This document shows positions 62,015-64,000 of a stretch of 64,000 bases of DNA, in pieces. Origin of the DNA: Synergistaceae bacterium (GTDB lineage Bacteria > Synergistota > Synergistia > Synergistales > Synergistaceae); contig JAISFV010000186.1 of the NCBI GenBank assembly GCA_031263445.1, positions 321-64,320 of the forward strand, written 5' to 3'. Made by a program: the position numbers and the translations under genes. Positions within the stretch are counted from its first letter, which is position 1; each line of letters starts with the position of its first letter. A model generated the notes under the pieces. The model did no database searches. It worked only from the letters and a program-made list of their open reading frames with translations, and was not told where the DNA came from.

Positions 62015-64000
62015 ACTGGTGCTGCTGACAGGCCCGTCAGGGTCAGGCAAATCGTCGCTCGCGTTCGACACGATATACGCCGAGGGGCAGAGGCGGTACG
62101 TCGAGTCCCTGTCGTCTTACGCCCGTCAGTTCCTCGGGATACAGGACAAGCCCGACGTGGACGACATATCGGGGTTGTCGCCCGCCATATCCATAGAGCA
62201 GAAGGGTACGAGCCACAACCCGCGCTCGACTGTTGGCACGGTGACAGAGATATACGACTACCTCCGCCTGCTCTTCGGGAGGGCCGGGACGCCCCACTGC
62301 CCGTCCTGCGGCAAGCCCGTCCTGCGCTACAGCCTGGACGAGATCGTTGACAGGATCTACGGGGACTACGGCGGCAAGGCCCTCGAGATAATGGCGCCGC
62401 TCGTGCGAGGCAAGAAGGGCGAGTACCGCAACCTGCTGCTGCAGCTCCGCTCACAGGGCTACATGCGCGCCCGCATAGACGGCGAGACCTACTGGCTGGA
62501 GGAGGAGGTGCCGCTCGACAAGAAGAAGCGCCACTCGATAGAGGCGGTCATAGACAGGCTCAGGATAAAGGAAGAGAACAAGTCGAGGGTGGCGGAGGCG
62601 GTTGAAATTGCCCTGCGCCTGTCGGACGGCTTCGTCGTCCTCCGCTCCGAGGACTCGGGCGACCTTGAACTGACGGAAAAATACATCTGCCCGGACTGCC
62701 AGGTCAGCCTGCCGGAGATAGAACCGCGTCTGTTCTCGTTCAACAACCCGTTCGGGGCCTGTCCGAACTGCTCGGGGATGGGCGTCCACCAGCACTTCTC
62801 GCCCGAACTGGCGGTCGTGGGCTCGCTCCCCATAGCCGAGGGGGGCTTCCTGCCCTGGAAGAGTTACAAATATATGTTGCAGAGGGCGGAGATGATCGCC
62901 GCAAGACACGGCTGGGATCTACGAAAGCCGTTCGACGAGCTATCCGAGGAGGCAAAGAACACCCTGCTATACGGATCCGGCGAGAAGCTACTGCTGACGT
63001 TCGTGGACAGGAACGGAGAAAGCGAGTACATGGGCCATTACGAGGGGCTGATCCCGTGGCTCACCCGCCGCTTCGACGAGACCGAGTCCGAGAACTGGCG
63101 GGAAGAGATGATACGCTACAGGGTGGACGACATCTGCAGCAGTTGCGGAGGCAGGAGGCTCAAGCCGGAGGCCTTGGCCGTGAAGCTCGGCGGCTACAAC
63201 ATCGCCGAACTCTCCGCCATGCCCGTCGAGGAGATGATCCCGGCGCTGGAATCGCTCGCCCTCACCCCAAACCAGAGGAAGATAGTGGGACAGGCCTTCT
63301 CGGAGGTTCAGAAGCGCCTGTCGTTTCTCGTCGACGTGGGCGCCGGGTACCTGTCGCTCGACAGGAGGGCCGACACGCTCTCCGGCGGGGAGAGCCAGAG
63401 GATACGCCTTGCCACTCAGATCGGCTCCAAGCTGTCAGGCGTCCTCTACGTGCTGGACGAGCCGACCATCGGGCTGCACCCAAAGGACACGAACAGACTG
63501 CTGGAAACGCTGGCCGCAATCCGCTCCCTCGGGAACACCGTGATAGTCGTGGAACACGACAGGGACGCGCTGAAAGCGGCCGACTACGTGCTGGAGCTCG
63601 GCCCTGGCGCGGGCGAACACGGCGGGAGCGTCGTAATCCAGGGGGAGCCTGAGGCGATAGCGGCTTCAGACTCGCTCTCAGGCGCGTTCCTGCGGGGAGA
63701 AGTCACCGGGATAACGAAGGCAAAGGGCGGCAGGAGGCAGCCGCAGGGATGGATAGTCACCTCGGACTGCCGCGAAAACAACCTGAAGGGGATCGACATC
63801 TCCGTGCCGAAGGGGGTGCTGGCCTCTCTGTGCGGACTCTCTGGCTCCGGCAAGAGCACCTTCCTCTACGAAATCCTTTACAAAGGGCTCCGGATGAAGC
63901 TGGACAGGGAATACAGGGACAGGCCGGGGAAATTCGGCGCGATTTCCGGCGCAGACGGCCTGCGTAACGTTGTGCTGGTGGACCAGGGCCCTATCGGGCG
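61938..64000 (+). CDS. uvrA: Excinuclease ABC subunit A (partial, continues past the window end)
   Basis: My own translation: (L)[64 protein letters not shown]... Open to the window end, so it is absent from the ORF track. TTG 61938 or GTG 61941 follows a GAGGGAGGA RBS. Confidence 0.9.
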   Translation, partial: MVEWIRVVGARQHNLKNISVDLPKNKLVLLTGPSGSGKSSLAFDTIYAEGQRRYVESLSSYARQFLGIQDKPDVDDISGLSPAISIEQKGTSHNPRSTVGTVTEIYDYLRLLFGRAGTPHCPSCGKPVLRYSLDEIVDRIYGDYGGKALEIMAPLVRGKKGEYRNLLLQLRSQGYMRARIDGETYWLEEEVPLDKKKRHSIEAVIDRLRIKEENKSRVAEAVEIALRLSDGFVVLRSEDSGDLELTEKYICPDCQVSLPEIEPRLFSFNNPFGACPNCSGMGVHQHFSPELAVVGSLPIAEGGFLPWKSYKYMLQRAEMIAARHGWDLRKPFDELSEEAKNTLLYGSGEKLLLTFVDRNGESEYMGHYEGLIPWLTRRFDETESENWREEMIRYRVDDICSSCGGRRLKPEALAVKLGGYNIAELSAMPVEEMIPALESLALTPNQRKIVGQAFSEVQKRLSFLVDVGAGYLSLDRRADTLSGGESQRIRLATQIGSKLSGVLYVLDEPTIGLHPKDTNRLLETLAAIRSLGNTVIVVEHDRDALKAADYVLELGPGAGEHGGSVVIQGEPEAIAASDSLSGAFLRGEVTGITKAKGGRRQPQGWIVTSDCRENNLKGIDISVPKGVLASLCGLSGSGKSTFLYEILYKGLRMKLDREYRDRPGKFGAISGADGLRNVVLVDQGPIG

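Noticed and set aside
1-64000. A scan of the whole window for CRISPR arrays, rRNA and tRNA genes, transposases, integrases and prophage genes.
   Set aside because: I found no regularly spaced direct repeats, no rRNA-like or cloverleaf sequences in the intergenic regions, and no ORF with transposase or integrase motifs.

Overview
The window is gene-dense and GC-rich. About 80% of the genes are on the minus strand, and coding density is roughly 90%. The gene content points to a diderm bacterium with Firmicutes-like gene order: Skp/OmpH, LpxB-like and LapA-like genes occur beside an RNase J gene and a recJ-rel-dtd cluster. I read this as compatible with Synergistota, but that is inference only.

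Most of the window is core housekeeping:
- purA and rimI
- an ftsE-ftsX-envC-like-ctp block
- csaB, maf and uppP
- rnj, rel, recJ and dtd
- alr, and uvrB-uvrA

Recognisable functional modules:
- a six-gene Ftr1/P19-type iron-uptake operon (40877-47417)
- a MoxR-DUF58-transglutaminase trio (50631-54512)
- a HicAB toxin-antitoxin pair (55640-56336)
- a siroheme-decarboxylase fusion with an AhbC/D/NirJ-type radical SAM gene (611-2696)
- a split transketolase-like pair whose cofactor and catalytic motifs look degenerate (10217-11973)

No rRNA, tRNA, CRISPR array, transposase or integrase was seen.

The least explained signal is non-coding. A family of roughly 80-100 nt intergenic repeats with conserved boxes and a hairpin occurs at least 8 times in both orientations. 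Some copies sit inside long 5' leaders.

Other items worth checking:
- a visibly lower-GC islet (about 22.8-24.5 kb) holding an NYN-domain gene behind a leader terminator, plus a truncated chemoreceptor remnant
- a 202-bp AT-rich segment between 18-nt direct repeats
- a candidate operator over the uvrB promoter

Two real genes are absent from the ORF track because they run off the window ends: a PNPOx-like gene at 1-462 and uvrA at 61938-64000. Many long ORFs in the track are antisense shadows typical of high-GC DNA and are not called.
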